A DNA stretch of 64,000 nt from Candidatus Bathyarchaeota archaeon (GCA_963769425.1 CAVYLP010000003.1:1-64000), one strand, 5' to 3'; shown: positions 21,921 through 35,149, numbered from the stretch's first letter. The notes: generated by a model from the letters alone, not told the origin. Numbers and translations are program-made.

Positions 21921-24900
21921 TTATCCAATCCACATTTTATTAACTACATTAGTGAAGATTGTGCCACTAATTGATGGCGTCGTACCTGGAACGAAGCAGT
22001 TTCGTATTCCAACATAAACTCCAGCAACGCTATTGTTCAATACGATCTGTCCCGATGACGAACCGGTATAACCTCCCCAGTTGACAGGAGCGTCGGTGTC
22101 TATTAAAATGCCTACTGAGCGATATGTCATGCCTGCCACAGTCCATGTAGCCGGTCCAGAGTTGACTATATTGTTATTCTCAACCGTTACAGAATTTGTT
22201 GGTCCATCTGCTTGGTAAAATCTGATACCGGTGGGTTGTTGATCAGTCTGAACTGTCTGATTGAGCCAAGTGACCCAAGCGATATCGATACTATTGTCGT
22301 GAACTATAGTGTTCTGGCACCATCTAAGCTTGATTCCAACCTGTTGACAGTCCTTGAACACGTTATAGGAGATTTCTCCATTTGTACTGAAGGGATATCC
22401 ATTTCCGCCGCCGGTGGCTATTCCGTATTGTGCCTTGTTGAAAACGTTATGACTGAAGGTGAAGTGATCCGATCCGAATACTTCGAGGCAGTATTGAATC
22501 GCGTTCTTAAAGGTACAGTATTGAACTGTATTATATTGACCGTTGACCATAAAGACAGGTGAGATGACACCGTTGTAGTTCGCGTTTATGGTGATGTTTT
22601 CCACTGTGTTGTAGCTTCCACTTAAGTCAAACCCGTAATGAGTTAGACTGCTTGAAATTATTAAGGTGGGATTGCCAACACCCTGAATAGTTACGTGACT
22701 GGAGGATATGAGGGGCATAGTTTTTACCATATAGGTCCCACTGAAAATAGAAATTACATCACCTGGGACAAGAATCCCATTCAAATTATTTAATAAATAA
22801 CCAAAATCAGTACTTGATGCTATAACGGTTCCTACCTGATTATATGAGCTATAAGATGATCCAATATTTTTAATGGAGTAGTTTGAATCCGGGATATTAG
22901 TGTTTTGAGTAAATGTAGCTACTAGCGCAATTTCCCCGGTGACTCTGAGTGAGACCGGATTCGAAGTGCTCAATGCATCACCACTCCAACCTGAGAAAGT
23001 CCAGCCTGTGGCTGGAATGGCTGTAAGTTGAACAGATGAGCCGTAGGTATAGGTGGTCTGACTTGGGCTCATTGAAACCGATCCTTGACCCGAGGTGGTT
23101 ACGGTAATAGTATATTGGTTCTGAATGAAAGAAGCCGTCACGACCTTAGATGAATCCAATGAAATGGTTACTGGGTTCGTTGAACTACTCAAGTCTCCAC
23201 CCCAGCTTGAGAATGTCCAGCCTAGTTGGGGGTTCGCGGTTAACTGAACGGTGGATCCAGAGGTATACGATTGCTGGTCGGGACTCTTGAGCACTGTTCC
23301 CGAATTAACTGGGTTGGTAGTCGTTGTGAGTGTGAAACCATTCGCGGTGAAAATGGCTGTTATAAGCATGTTCTTAGTCACAGTCGCCTGCAGTGGATTT
23401 GAGCTCCCGGAGGCGTCTCCACCCCAGCCAGTGAAGGCCCAGCCGGCAACTGACGTGGCAGTCAATTGTACTGTAGTACCGTAGTTGTACGAACTTTGGT
23501 TGGGGTTAATCGAAATAGTACCCTGTCCAGAGGTATTTGTGGAAATTGTGTATTGATTTTGTGTGAAGTTGGCAGTGAGCGTGTGTTCGCTGTTGATAGT
23601 CACGGTGAATGGGTTTGTAGAGCCAACTAATGATCCGTCGAGGACCCAATGGTCGAATGACCAGCCTAGGGTCGGGTTCGCTGTAACTGGGACGCCGGAA
23701 CCTAGGATATAGCTGTGACTACCAACGGTTGGAGACGTTGATCCAGACCCTGTTACGTTTATCACTAATGTTTTAGTGGTTTGTGTAAAGACTGCTTGTA
23801 ATTTGTGTATAGAATTCATGGTCACCCCTATTGGATTGGATGAACCTGAGTCAATACCGTCTAAAATCCAGTGGCTAAAGTACCATCCCGTCAATGACGT
23901 AGCCGTAACCTGAATTTGAGTGTTGGATAAATAACTTCGTGAACCTGCTGATGGGCTCGTAGACCCAGAGCCTGAGGCACTAATAGTGAGTGTGTACTTA
24001 TTCTGTGTAAATGTAGCCGTAACCGCCTTGTTGCTATTTATTGTGATTGTAGCTGGGTTAGATGAGCCGGTGAGGCTCCCACCCCACTTCGAGAATGTCC
24101 AGCCTGCTGCTGCTACAGGTGTCAATTGGACCGTTGATCCGGATATGTAGCTTGTTTGGCTTGGATTCCGGGTAACTGAACAACCAGTTCCGACAACGTT
24201 TACTGTTAGGGTGTAGGTGGTCAGGCTGAATGTGGCTGTTACCGCCTTGTTGCTGTCCATTGTGATCGTTATTGGATTTGAAGCCCCTGTGAGTCTTCCC
24301 CCAACTGGTGAATGACCCAGATGTTGGATTAGCGGTTAGTGTGACGGTCGTGCCGTAGACATAGCTTCCACTTGATGGGTTGATGGTGACTGATCCACTT
24401 CCTGAACCTGCGCTAGTCAGTGACAGTGTGTAATAGTTCTGAGTGAAGGAACCAGTCACCGCCATGTTCCCCATGATTGTAACCGTCCTTGTTGTCCCGG
24501 TTCCTGCTCCGTCTCCACTCCAGCCTGCGAATGTGTAACCGGGATTTGGGGCCTCTGTTCGAGTAACGACATCATTCAGGTGGTATGGCCCGTTGTTGCT
24601 CTTTGTGATGACACCGCCTGAACCCGGGCTCACGTTTACTGTCAGAGTGTATTGAATTGCGGTGAATGTTGCAGTTAAGGTCGTGTTTTTATTAATAATT
24701 ACTGAAAGGGGGTTCGATGATCCGGAGACATCGCCGTTCCAACCAGCAAAGGTCCAACCTGCATTTGGCGTAGCAGTGATTGTGACGGGTGTATTAGGAG
24801 CATATATGCCACCTGACGGATTGAAGTTGACCTTGCCACTTCCAGTTGTACCAACAGTTAATGTGTATTGCGCGGGTAAGATCTGTGTGAAGGTAGCCGT

Positions 24901-26750
24901 AACCGCCTTGGTCCCGTCGATGGTGAGGGAGGTAGGGTTCGCGGATCCCGTGATGCTCCCACTCCACCCTGAGAAGACCCAACCCGCTGCAGGTACTGGC
25001 GTCAGCTGAACACTCGAGCCATACGTATATGTAGCTTGATTTGGGCTCTTAATAACCGAGCAGCCTGCGCCAACAAACGTAACTGTCACGAACGTATGTT
25101 GTTTAGTGAAGGTTGCGGTCACAATCATATTACCTGTGATTGTAACCATCAGGAGAATGCCTGTCCAGATCCCTCACCTGTCCAGCTAGAGAAATAATAC
25201 CCCGCATTTGGAGACTCTGTTAATGTAACTGTGTCTCGTCTAGTGATACGATGATTGGTTTGGAATTGAAGTTACTTTTCCTCCGTTCAACGGGCTAATA
25301 GCGGCAGTTAACGTGTCAGGAATTCTGTGTAAATGTTGCCGTAACAGCTTTGTTACCATTGATTGTGATTGTGATCGAGTTTGTTGCTCCAGATAAATCT
25401 CCACTCCATCCTGTTAAGCTCGAACCTGGTACTGCCGTCGCTGTCAAAATGACGACTGTCCCTGCGGGGTAACTGCCCCCAGGAGGGGTTAATATCACTG
25501 AACCGCTTCCTGTGCCGGTTGTGGTAATCGTTAAAAGATAATTATTGATTATTGGGGTAAATGTTGCCGTTATGGTACTTGTTAGATCCATAGTAATTGT
25601 TACTGGGTTAGTTATTTCCGGATACGTCGCCATTCCAACTAACAAAACGCCATCCTGTTAGAGGGGTGGCTAAGAGTTGGACACTAGAGCTTGATGAGTA
25701 GGATTGTTTATCCGGATTTTTAGAGACGGAGCCTTGACCAACTATTAAGATGTTTATTTGATTTTGGGATGTTGCAGGCAAGTTTGGTGTTGACTGTTGG
25801 GGAGGAGTATTTTGTTGGGGTGGATCTATATGTTGCTGTTCTTCGAAGTTGGCGGTTATTACTTCGTTGCCAGAGATGGTTAAATTTAATGCTGATTCCG
25901 AGCTAGCTTCGTCACCTGACCAGCCAGCGAAAATGTATTCGTTGTTTGATGTTGGAATCAAGGTCACTTTTTCGTTTAGCTGATATGGCCCATCATGGTC
26001 TCTACTCACTGAGCCACTGCCAGCGGGATTGATATTTATTGTTAAGTTGTAGGACTTTTTCGTAAAAGTAGCCACAATCGTCTCGTTTGATGTGACAGTT
26101 AATTTGGTGACGTTGGAAATATTATTTGAATTACTCCATCCATCGAAGAGTGTATCGGAATTGGGTTTAGCAATGAGGGTTACTAAAGTTCCCTTTGTGT
26201 AGATCCCTCCAGGCGGGTCAAGTGTGACTGTCCCGTTTCCTGTCCCAATTTTTTCTACGGTTAAAACATATTTGGGAGAGTCCTGTTCTTTGAAAATCGC
26301 TGTAATTTTTGTGTCCTCAGCTATTGTTATTGTGATAGGATTTGTTGTGTTGGATATCGCACCACTCCACCTTTCGAAAATCCAACCTTCATCAGGGTGA
26401 GCGGTAAGCTGAATCGCTGAGCCTGAATCATATATCAATTGACTCGGAAATGTTGAAACGGTGCCATTTCCAACGAATCTTATTTCAAGTTCGTACTGGA
26501 TAGGTTTGATAAGGGCTTTATTAGTGCCATTAATTGATGAGCTGGAACCAGTAATATTTGAAACGTTAGTAATTGGTTCCTCGATTACGATAGTACCATT
26601 CGTGGCAGCTGCTTTCTGATTTATCCCTGAATTCATTGGATAGAGAATACCGCTATTTGCGACAAGTCCTACCCCGGTAACAATAATGATGAGTACTATG
26701 AAACCTAGCTGCATTATTGATGGGGGGGTAGTAGATGACATAGTACTCAA
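21921..26750 (-). CDS. Very large (~1600 aa) surface protein with many InlB-B-like repeats and a C-terminal beta-helix; split by about 4 frameshifts
   Basis: ORFs 25608-26750, 25316-25645, 24058-25149 and 21921-24260 share V.LTA.P..GW.F.GWSGD..NP..T.....VTATF repeats; the C-terminus has [14 protein letters not shown] and FYQADGP. Confidence 0.8.
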
Positions 26751-27036
26751 CTTGGAAAAAGTAACTATAATAGTAATTAAAAGGAAAATGGAATTATAAA
26801 ACTGTCACATGATATGAATTAAATTATATCTATTTTCAGGTATATTTTAATGAAAAACAGATAATACGTATCATATGTACATAATATCAAATAAATTAAT
26901 AATGATGTTATGTATTTCTAATATATTGAGATTAATACAGAGACGTTAAAAAAGTGACTAATTTGACTTTATAAAATATTAATACGAGTGTTATTTCATC
27001 TTATGCACGCGCGAACGTAAGCAACATGAACCAGGA

Positions 27037-28236
27037 TTACAATAAGTTTTGATATATTTTGAGGACCTTTTGAGAAATTGCGTCCCAAGTAAAGTTCTCA
27101 GAGTATTCAAGAATCTTATATACATCGAAATCTTGTTCGAGGGCTTGTTGGAGTTTATTGAAAAGGTCTTCTGAATCTTTTGGCTCTGCTATTAAACCAT
27201 AATCCCTTGATTTAATTATCTCAGGTATGCCTCCCACTCTAGTCCCGACAAAAGGTAACCCTACTGCTAAGGACTCAAACATCACAGTAGGATTCCCCTC
27301 ATTAAGACTTGATAAAACAAAAACATCACCGGAGCTCAGCCAAAATGGGATCTCTTCATGTTTTTTTCCACCTAAAATTTTAACAAATGAATCCAAATCC
27401 AGCTTTTTGACCATTGAAATTAAATCTTGTTTTAACTCACCTTCCCCAATTATATAACAAATAAAATCCTTTCGGATTTTACTCAATTTCAGCAATGCCT
27501 CTATTAAATAAATATGTCCTTTAACCTGCGTTAAATTTCCAACAGTAACTATTACTCTCTTATCCAATGGTAGTTCTAACATTTTTCTACATTCAGTTTT
27601 ATCTCGATATTTAAATAATGTATTTCTATAACCATTGGGCAATACCGTTACCGGGGTACTTACATTCAATTTCTTAATACATTCATGGTTTTTTTCACTA
27701 ACAGTAATTATATGATCAGCTGAATTCAAAACAGCCTCTATCTTATTTCTCCAATCACTATCTCTAAAAGGCAGATCATAAATATCATACCCATGAGCAG
27801 TTATAACAAGTGGTTTATTATATTTTTTTTTCAAATATGAACCAACATAACCTGAAGACCAAACAAAGTGTGTATGAATAAGATCCATTTTGAAATTTGA
27901 CTTATCTAATACTTTATTTACAGATTCAACATGTCTCTTCCCAACCCTCTTATAATCACTATCAAATGGCAAATAATAAAATGAAGTAACTTTAACATCT
28001 ATATTACTAGGTAAATTGGATAACGATAATAACTTATTACTATAGTTACTAACAGATTTTATATGTAGCATATTTCCCAAGGAAATAAAGGAATTGAAAC
28101 GAACAAGCGCCAATATCTGATTAAAATGGGGGGCAATTGTTTCTGTAAAATCCTTTACAACATCAATATAACTATGTGAAACTACTAATAAATTCTTATT
28201 TTTATAAAAAATATCACATCCCTCGATCTGTTCCAT
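27037..28236 (-). CDS. Glycosyltransferase family 4
   Basis: TAHGYD, VGNLTQVKG and EGNPTVMFE (EX7E). Confidence 0.9.
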   Translation of the reverse strand: MEQIEGCDIFYKNKNLLVVSHSYIDVVKDFTETIAPHFNQILALVRFNSFISLGNMLHIKSVSNYSNKLLSLSNLPSNIDVKVTSFYYLPFDSDYKRVGKRHVESVNKVLDKSNFKMDLIHTHFVWSSGYVGSYLKKKYNKPLVITAHGYDIYDLPFRDSDWRNKIEAVLNSADHIITVSEKNHECIKKLNVSTPVTVLPNGYRNTLFKYRDKTECRKMLELPLDKRVIVTVGNLTQVKGHIYLIEALLKLSKIRKDFICYIIGEGELKQDLISMVKKLDLDSFVKILGGKKHEEIPFWLSSGDVFVLSSLNEGNPTVMFESLAVGLPFVGTRVGGIPEIIKSRDYGLIAEPKDSEDLFNKLQQALEQDFDVYKILEYSENFTWDAISQKVLKIYQNLL

Positions 28237-28326
28237 GACTACTTTTTTTTTCCTAAAATATAAAAGGATTTGGTGATTTGAAATCTTTTAAGAAAAATAC
28301 TCCTTAAAATCTAATACATTAAGTCC

Positions 28327-29667
28327 TTATGAAATATTAATTAAATGATTAACAATTTCAGATATGTCAGATTTATTTACATAACTATGTATCGGCAGTT
28401 GTATTATATTATCTACTATATTCATAGAATTCTGCAAATCTTCTCCCTTAAAATGAATAATTTTTTTGTACGGCGATCTTAAATTAATTGTTTTTGGCCA
28501 ATTAAAATTTCCAACCTCATACCCATTAACGCATATGTCTTTATATATTTGCTTAGTATCAATATTAGTTTTATTTAGGATACTATAACGAATATACGCA
28601 GGATCAATGTCTTTTGTTATCGAAGGTAATTTATATTTTCCCGATTCAAATAAGCCATCTTTATACATAGAGGCATTTTCATTTCGAATACGCCTCAACT
28701 TCTCGTATGAGTTTAATTGATGTAAACCATATTTAGCACGATACGAATTCATAAAGAATCTTGACTCATCAATCAATTCCAGTTTATTGAAATTACTCAT
28801 CAAATAATATAGATCTTTTATCTTTAAAGTTAATTTATCTAATTTATTCATCGAATTTAATATTTTTCCCGTAATATCGGATGAATCATTTTCAATTGAA
28901 TTTTTAATAATTTTTTTGATTTTTTTATTGTTATGCACAAAATTTTTCGCGAAGTTAATGGATAAATCAAATTGATATACTGAAGGATCAGTTAAAATAT
29001 TATAAATCAACAATGAAAATAGAAGTTCTTCCTCAACCTCTATCGAAGTCTTCGAATATTTAGTTTTTGAAGATAAGGCATCATCTACCAAGTCAGAATT
29101 ATTAACGCAGAGCATTCCACCCTCACCAAGGGAAAAAGGTTTATCCACATTAAAACTGAAAACTGAGAAATCACCAAAGGTTCCAACATTTTTACCATAA
29201 TATTTCCCACCTAAACACTGACAACTATCCTCTATCAGAAACACATTATTTTCTTTACAATAATCAGAAATCTCCCCAATGTTGCATGGCTGACCAAACA
29301 AATGTGTTGCAACTATAACCTTTGTTCTATTTGTTACAATTTTCTTTAAATTATCGATTGGTAGATTAAAATCTTCATCTATATCTACTAATCTAACTTT
29401 CGCACCTAATTGTAATAAAGGATCGATGGCAGTCTTACAAGTATAAGTCTGAATAATTACTTCATCATCCTTTTTTACGTTTAATAGCTTTAACGCTAGA
29501 AATAATGCTGTCCTTCCTTTATCCATAGCTAGACTGAGTTTAGTTCCAACAGATCTAGAGAATGATTCTTCAAATTCTGCGATATTCTTCTCTGAAAAAT
29601 CTTCAGGAACAGACATATTCCTGAGAAGATCATCCAAATCAATTGTTGGCCGGAATCTATGCAACAA
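28327..29667 (-). CDS. DegT/DnrJ/EryC1/StrS sugar aminotransferase with a large central insertion
   Basis: HLFGQP, IEDSCQCLG and SFNVDKPFSLGEGG (PLP Lys). Confidence 0.9.
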   Translation of the reverse strand: MLHRFRPTIDLDDLLRNMSVPEDFSEKNIAEFEESFSRSVGTKLSLAMDKGRTALFLALKLLNVKKDDEVIIQTYTCKTAIDPLLQLGAKVRLVDIDEDFNLPIDNLKKIVTNRTKVIVATHLFGQPCNIGEISDYCKENNVFLIEDSCQCLGGKYYGKNVGTFGDFSVFSFNVDKPFSLGEGGMLCVNNSDLVDDALSSKTKYSKTSIEVEEELLFSLLIYNILTDPSVYQFDLSINFAKNFVHNNKKIKKIIKNSIENDSSDITGKILNSMNKLDKLTLKIKDLYYLMSNFNKLELIDESRFFMNSYRAKYGLHQLNSYEKLRRIRNENASMYKDGLFESGKYKLPSITKDIDPAYIRYSILNKTNIDTKQIYKDICVNGYEVGNFNWPKTINLRSPYKKIIHFKGEDLQNSMNIVDNIIQLPIHSYVNKSDISEIVNHLINIS

Positions 29668-29858
29668 ATAGATCTCAGAAATCTAACCAACATGACGTAA
29701 TAAAAAAATTTGCTTTTACAAATAAAAGCAGGGCCTTAAAGATTCGACATTGAATCTATCGGTAACAAGACTCTGCTTCTGAAAATCTTGAAAAACCTTC
29801 GATACTAGATGAATGATACTGAACAGAACTTCACAGCCTTTATTAATTAAATGAAGCA

Positions 29859-31583
29859 TTGATGTTATATATGGATTTAAAAAAACATTTATTATTAGAT
29901 ATTATAAATAAAAAACAAAAATGGATATTAGCCATATTCATAACGTTATTAATCATTTCAATAAGTTTGTTATTTATTTTAACTTATACATCAAAACCGT
30001 TTACTTTAACTGAAAATAGTACCCTCTTTAGTGTTCTTCCGCCTTTATATTGGGTTTTAACTTTATTAAATTTTATATTCATTTTTACCATTAGTAGATT
30101 TATTAAAAATAAAAAATTGCTATTCTCATTACTAATTTTGGATTCCTGCACTTCACTGTTTCTTAATTATATATTTTTTATACCTGTAGGACAATCAGAT
30201 ATAAATTCAGTAACAAAATATCTTACGGTATTAAATTCATCTAATAACATTGGCATAACCCAAATTAATATTGATAGCTATTTTCAATGGCCGATATATT
30301 TTATATTTGCGAAAATCATAATGCTTGTGTTCAACACAGATATATCAACAACAATTAAAATTGGGTACAGTCTATTCAATATTTTATTTACATTTTTTAT
30401 AACATTTTTCCTTATTAAACTTAATATTAGTATTAAAAATATATTTTACATTCTACCAATATATAACATATTAAGTTATCATTTTATAGTTTTACAATTT
30501 GCTCAACAAACATTAGCTCTTTTATATACCATATTGATATTTATTTTGTTCATTAGCATTGAAAAAATAAATGTAAAGTCATTATTATATATAATTTATA
30601 TAGCATTAATTTTCACACATCCATTTTTTTTCATATTTTTCATAACATCCATTTTAATAGAGATTACATTATTTAAAAATAAAAAGAAGATTATAAATAT
30701 TAATTTATTTCTCTCATTACTAGCCATATATTTAATAAGCTATAAAATATTCTTTTCGAGCATAAATTCTCAATTCATAGATCTAATAAGCAATGTTGGA
30801 TTATTTAAAAGCGAGACATGGACAACTATATTCAGCTTTTTAGGACTAAAAATTAACAATCAGACTTCTGCAACATATCCGTTTTATAATTTAGTAAATA
30901 TCCAATACCTATCACTTTTAGCTAATATATCAAGATTAATTTTACTATCATTCATAGGAATCCTCATGATCGATGGTCTTATAATGCTTAAAGAAAAACA
31001 ATTATTCAAAACCATTAAACAGTTAGACATCTCAATCATGATTTCTACACTAATTTTTTGGATAATTGGATTATTTTCTTCATTTTTAGGTCAACGCTCA
31101 CTTCAGGTGTTTTTCATACCAGTCGCAAAGAGCTACAACTATATAATTAAAAAATCGACCATCATGAAATCAATAATTCTATTACTAATAATTATATCCC
31201 CTATTGTTTTCTCATTAACTTCTTGGGGAGACACCTTTTTGACTGGAAGTTATTCAGTCAAAGATTTTGAGATGGAGAAATCGGGTCAAATTATTGACAA
31301 ATTTGCTCTGAGTGATCAAAAAGTTTTAGCTGCAAACAATGGATTTCCAACCGGGTATCCCTCAGGTCTTAAAATCTATTATGTTCAACCAGGGTACTTT
31401 GAGTACATCAATATAACAAATAAAACATCTAACATGGACTTAATTTTATATACGCCAAAAATGAACATGTTAATACAATACTACGGAATTCAACAAATTA
31501 AAAAACAAAATTTATTGAATAATAACGTATTATATAATAATAAGAACACTATATGCATAAATCCTTTACATGTCATCAAATAA
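29859..31583 (+). CDS. Multi-pass membrane protein, possibly polymerase or GT-C-like
   Basis: More than 12 TM segments, YFQWP motif, located in a glycan locus. The function is inferred. Confidence 0.6.
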   Translation: MMLYMDLKKHLLLDIINKKQKWILAIFITLLIISISLLFILTYTSKPFTLTENSTLFSVLPPLYWVLTLLNFIFIFTISRFIKNKKLLFSLLILDSCTSLFLNYIFFIPVGQSDINSVTKYLTVLNSSNNIGITQINIDSYFQWPIYFIFAKIIMLVFNTDISTTIKIGYSLFNILFTFFITFFLIKLNISIKNIFYILPIYNILSYHFIVLQFAQQTLALLYTILIFILFISIEKINVKSLLYIIYIALIFTHPFFFIFFITSILIEITLFKNKKKIININLFLSLLAIYLISYKIFFSSINSQFIDLISNVGLFKSETWTTIFSFLGLKINNQTSATYPFYNLVNIQYLSLLANISRLILLSFIGILMIDGLIMLKEKQLFKTIKQLDISIMISTLIFWIIGLFSSFLGQRSLQVFFIPVAKSYNYIIKKSTIMKSIILLLIIISPIVFSLTSWGDTFLTGSYSVKDFEMEKSGQIIDKFALSDQKVLAANNGFPTGYPSGLKIYYVQPGYFEYINITNKTSNMDLILYTPKMNMLIQYYGIQQIKKQNLLNNNVLYNNKNTICINPLHVIK

Positions 31584-31736
31584 GCATATAAAAATTTTTT
31601 AAATATTCTAATTTTAAATTTTAAAAACAGTTATAAAAAATATAACATCATAAATAAAAATAAAAATATGCTTTTAAGTAGAATAATAAGAAAGTTTAAG
31701 ACCCAATTCCCTAAGTAATGACTAAATGAATATATA

Positions 31737-32969
31737 ATGAAACAAATACGAATGGCGCTAATATTAGGAAATTTTTATACCAAATCTTTTCCGAGCTGGC
31801 CACAGGTTACTGGGGTATATGGTTTAAATTTACCAAACAAAGGACACCTCGTCGACATGTTCATGCCTTATCATGCAAATGCATTTCAAAAAACACAATC
31901 TATAGCTTTGTATAAAAGCAGAATTTATTTAATTCCTTGGATGAAAACCAATTCATACCTATTTTCTATGGTTACATTCATGATATACCAAATGAGACTT
32001 TTCTTTAGTTTATTAAAATTAAATAAGGAAAATCATTATAACATATTTCAGGTTAGAGACGAAATATTCTCAGGAATAACCGTATTATTATATAACATCT
32101 TATTAAAGAAAAAATATACATTCAACTACTCATTTCCATTTTTTGAGGGATTAAATGAAGCATATAGGAATGGTGAAAAAGTAAATAAAATTCAGTTATT
32201 ATTTTTCTATATTCAAGATATTATTTTAAAAAATTTACTATTCAAAAAAAGTACCTATATTTTTCCAATAAGTGGTGAAATGCTATCAGAACTGGTCAAA
32301 ATCGGTATTCCACGAGATAAAATGTATCCGCTTACAGAAGGAATAGAACCAACCACATTTAAAATCAATTCGAATTATAACGAACTGAAAAAAATTCTCA
32401 ACATTAATGATAACGAATTTATCATTTCGTACGTCGGATCACTATCATCTTCAAGAGGCATTGAAATAATAATAGACGCCTTTGAGATGGTTTTAAAAGA
32501 TAACCCCCAAACAAAATTATTATTAATTGGGTCAGGAAATGATTTCAATTACTTAAAAAATAAGGTTGACCGTAAAAATCTTAATAATTCAATAATTTTT
32601 ACCGGCCAAGTAAGTCATGATGAGGTTCCAAATTATATTTCCATATCTAACGTTTGTTTGTCTATAATTAAACCTTTAAAGAGCTTTTTTGTTAGTTCTC
32701 CATGTAAACTTTTTGAGTATATGATACTAGGGAAACCGATAATTGCTAATAAAGAAATTCCTGAACATGAAAGAGTAATATCAGAATCAAATTGTGGCCT
32801 ATTAACAGAATATAATACAAATGATATAAAAAATGCGATAAATTATTCCATTAAAAACTATGATAATTTTAAATTACTAGGAGAAAATGGGAAAAAATGG
32901 GTTATTGAAAAAAGAACATTTTCTAAGATCTCAGAACAATTAGAAGAGATTTATTTATCGCTTTTATGA
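31737..32969 (+). CDS. Glycosyltransferase family 4
   Basis: YVGSLSSSRGIE and SPCKLFEYMILGKPII. Confidence 0.9.
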   Translation: MKQIRMALILGNFYTKSFPSWPQVTGVYGLNLPNKGHLVDMFMPYHANAFQKTQSIALYKSRIYLIPWMKTNSYLFSMVTFMIYQMRLFFSLLKLNKENHYNIFQVRDEIFSGITVLLYNILLKKKYTFNYSFPFFEGLNEAYRNGEKVNKIQLLFFYIQDIILKNLLFKKSTYIFPISGEMLSELVKIGIPRDKMYPLTEGIEPTTFKINSNYNELKKILNINDNEFIISYVGSLSSSRGIEIIIDAFEMVLKDNPQTKLLLIGSGNDFNYLKNKVDRKNLNNSIIFTGQVSHDEVPNYISISNVCLSIIKPLKSFFVSSPCKLFEYMILGKPIIANKEIPEHERVISESNCGLLTEYNTNDIKNAINYSIKNYDNFKLLGENGKKWVIEKRTFSKISEQLEEIYLSLL

Positions 32970-33018
32970 TAACGATTGATTAAGAATTTCAATTCCGGCA
33001 CATAAAGTACAATAGTGT

Positions 33019-34104
33019 TCAACTACTAATGGTTTTGAATTTGTTCTGTAACGCTGGATCTTCCTTTATTTGAACCAAGCTTTCCGGATAATAGCTAATA
33101 AACCATACCAAGAAAGATGTCACATCAATTTTATCATTCAATAAATGATTTCTCTTGACACGCCAATCTTGTTTGACACCATTCTCAGATATCAACATTG
33201 TAGCGTATTTCAAAGCCTCAGAAGGATTCGAAAAACTATGCAAAAGATCATACTTTTTCTCAAGTTCCAACAGATTACCCATTGTATTCGATAGCGATGA
33301 AACGTATACCGAAGGAGTGCCCAATAAGGCGGCTTCAGTCGCCATCGAAGCCCCCTCCCCCACATAAAGCGATGCATAATACAGTAAATCATGGATATAC
33401 ACTGGATGAATTGTTAATTTGAATTTTTCAATATCGTTTGGCAATTGCCCTTCGGCACTCACAAAAACTTTTCCATACTTCGATAATTCTTCAATAAATG
33501 CCATTTTATCAAGAATTCCTGTTTGACGAACATCATGTGTGGCGGTCCAAGCACTGAATCGGATAATTGTGAACTTATCCTCAATCTTAAGGCTAAGCAT
33601 ATCAAGAACAGCTGGATTTGGTGAAAACCATCTTGGGTGAAGATAAACTATTTTTTGATCCCCTTGATACCTGATTTGTTTTGAACCTAAATTTAGCTTA
33701 TAGTTATCAGGGGTAAAAATGACGCTCGTGAAGGGTGCGTACAATCTATACTGTTCTCTCGAGTGCTCCGTATCTTCAAAAGTAATCGATGGTTTTTTTA
33801 ATAGCCAGGCTACATGTGCTGCACGAACCTATCCAAGACCGATGAAAATATCTGGCTTAAAATCCAATGCGGCTTTATACAGTTTTAAATCCATCAAAGG
33901 CATGTTCAATAATTTCTTAGTAATAGAATCGCCGTAATTACCAAAGTTGATATAATTAACACCATAGCAATCCAATAACTCAAAAACAATAGGTCTACCT
34001 GACGCTATAACTAATACTTTATTACCTAATCGCTCCATTTCACGGATAAAATATTTGAAAAAGTGAACATGAGCAGGATGATTAATATCCGTAATGATAT
34101 TCAA
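33019..34104 (-). CDS. DUF354 family (GT-B fold); frameshift at ~33830
   Basis: DINHPAHVHFFK, FEDTEH, AWTATHD and GASMATEAALLGTP. Confidence 0.85.
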
Positions 34105-34150
34105 TACACTCTAATATTATAGAATTGTTTTCTAAATATCAATTGAATGG

Positions 34151-35146
34151 TTATATTTGAGCCTCGATTCCCTTATACTTCAATTGCAAAATATTTTTAA
34201 AACAATCGAAAATTGGTTTTCTAATAAATTTATAATATTTTCCATAATTTACCAAATTTCCACCAAATCTTCTCTTAAACTCACGGGGCCCGTAAGGCCT
34301 TTGAGGATTTCCCGCCCCTCCAAAGTCAAAAAATTTATATCCATTTTTACTGCCAATTTCTAAACCTAACCATACCATTAATTCATTTGAATATTCAGAA
34401 ACGTCATTATACAAAGATCCAGCATACCAATCATACATTACATCCTTATAGGTCAGAAATATTCTTGTAACTATAGGCTCATCATTTTTATATCCAATTT
34501 TTCCTATTATTTGTCCCTTAAGATACTTAAAAGCATTGATAAAAACTATCTTGTTTGGATTAGGCATATTTACTCTTTTATAAGTATTACAAATAAGACG
34601 ATACGATTCATCGATATTTTTTTGAGTTTTAATATCGGAAATCACGATATTTTTACTTAATGCTTTTTTAATATTTTTTCTTCTATTTTTAGGAATTGAA
34701 TCCCATGTTATTTTTGAATCTAGATTTAGTGGTATTTCATAATTCAAGTGATCCTCATAATAATAACTTATTTTTGAAAGAGCATTTTTAATGCTGCTTG
34801 TATCCCACATATTTTTAATATCTATCATAGAAGAAGGTATAATTTTTGGATTTAATTCATCGATGTAGGATAATAGCATCGACGCATACATCGATTCATC
34901 GATAATTGGTCCCCCCTGAAAAGATAATCTTGAAAATAAATTATAATAATTTGTTAAATTCCCAACCATTAACCCCTTTATATTGTTATTATTTAATATA
35001 GTCAAACCCACTGATTTATTATAATTATCAATATTATTTACTTTATAATACTCAGGCGTTTGAAATATATTGCCAAATTTATTAGTTAAAACATACTCTT
35101 TCCATTGTTTTTCATTAACTTTATCTATATTCATAATTTGTAGCAT
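34151..35146 (-). CDS. FemAB-like GNAT (Acetyltransf_6 / FemABX-related)
   Basis: NIFQTPEY, RRKNIKKA, YDWYAGS and FDFGGAG..FKRRFGG. Confidence 0.85.
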   Translation of the reverse strand: MLQIMNIDKVNEKQWKEYVLTNKFGNIFQTPEYYKVNNIDNYNKSVGLTILNNNNIKGLMVGNLTNYYNLFSRLSFQGGPIIDESMYASMLLSYIDELNPKIIPSSMIDIKNMWDTSSIKNALSKISYYYEDHLNYEIPLNLDSKITWDSIPKNRRKNIKKALSKNIVISDIKTQKNIDESYRLICNTYKRVNMPNPNKIVFINAFKYLKGQIIGKIGYKNDEPIVTRIFLTYKDVMYDWYAGSLYNDVSEYSNELMVWLGLEIGSKNGYKFFDFGGAGNPQRPYGPREFKRRFGGNLVNYGKYYKFIRKPIFDCFKNILQLKYKGIEAQI

Positions 35147-35149
35147 AAG

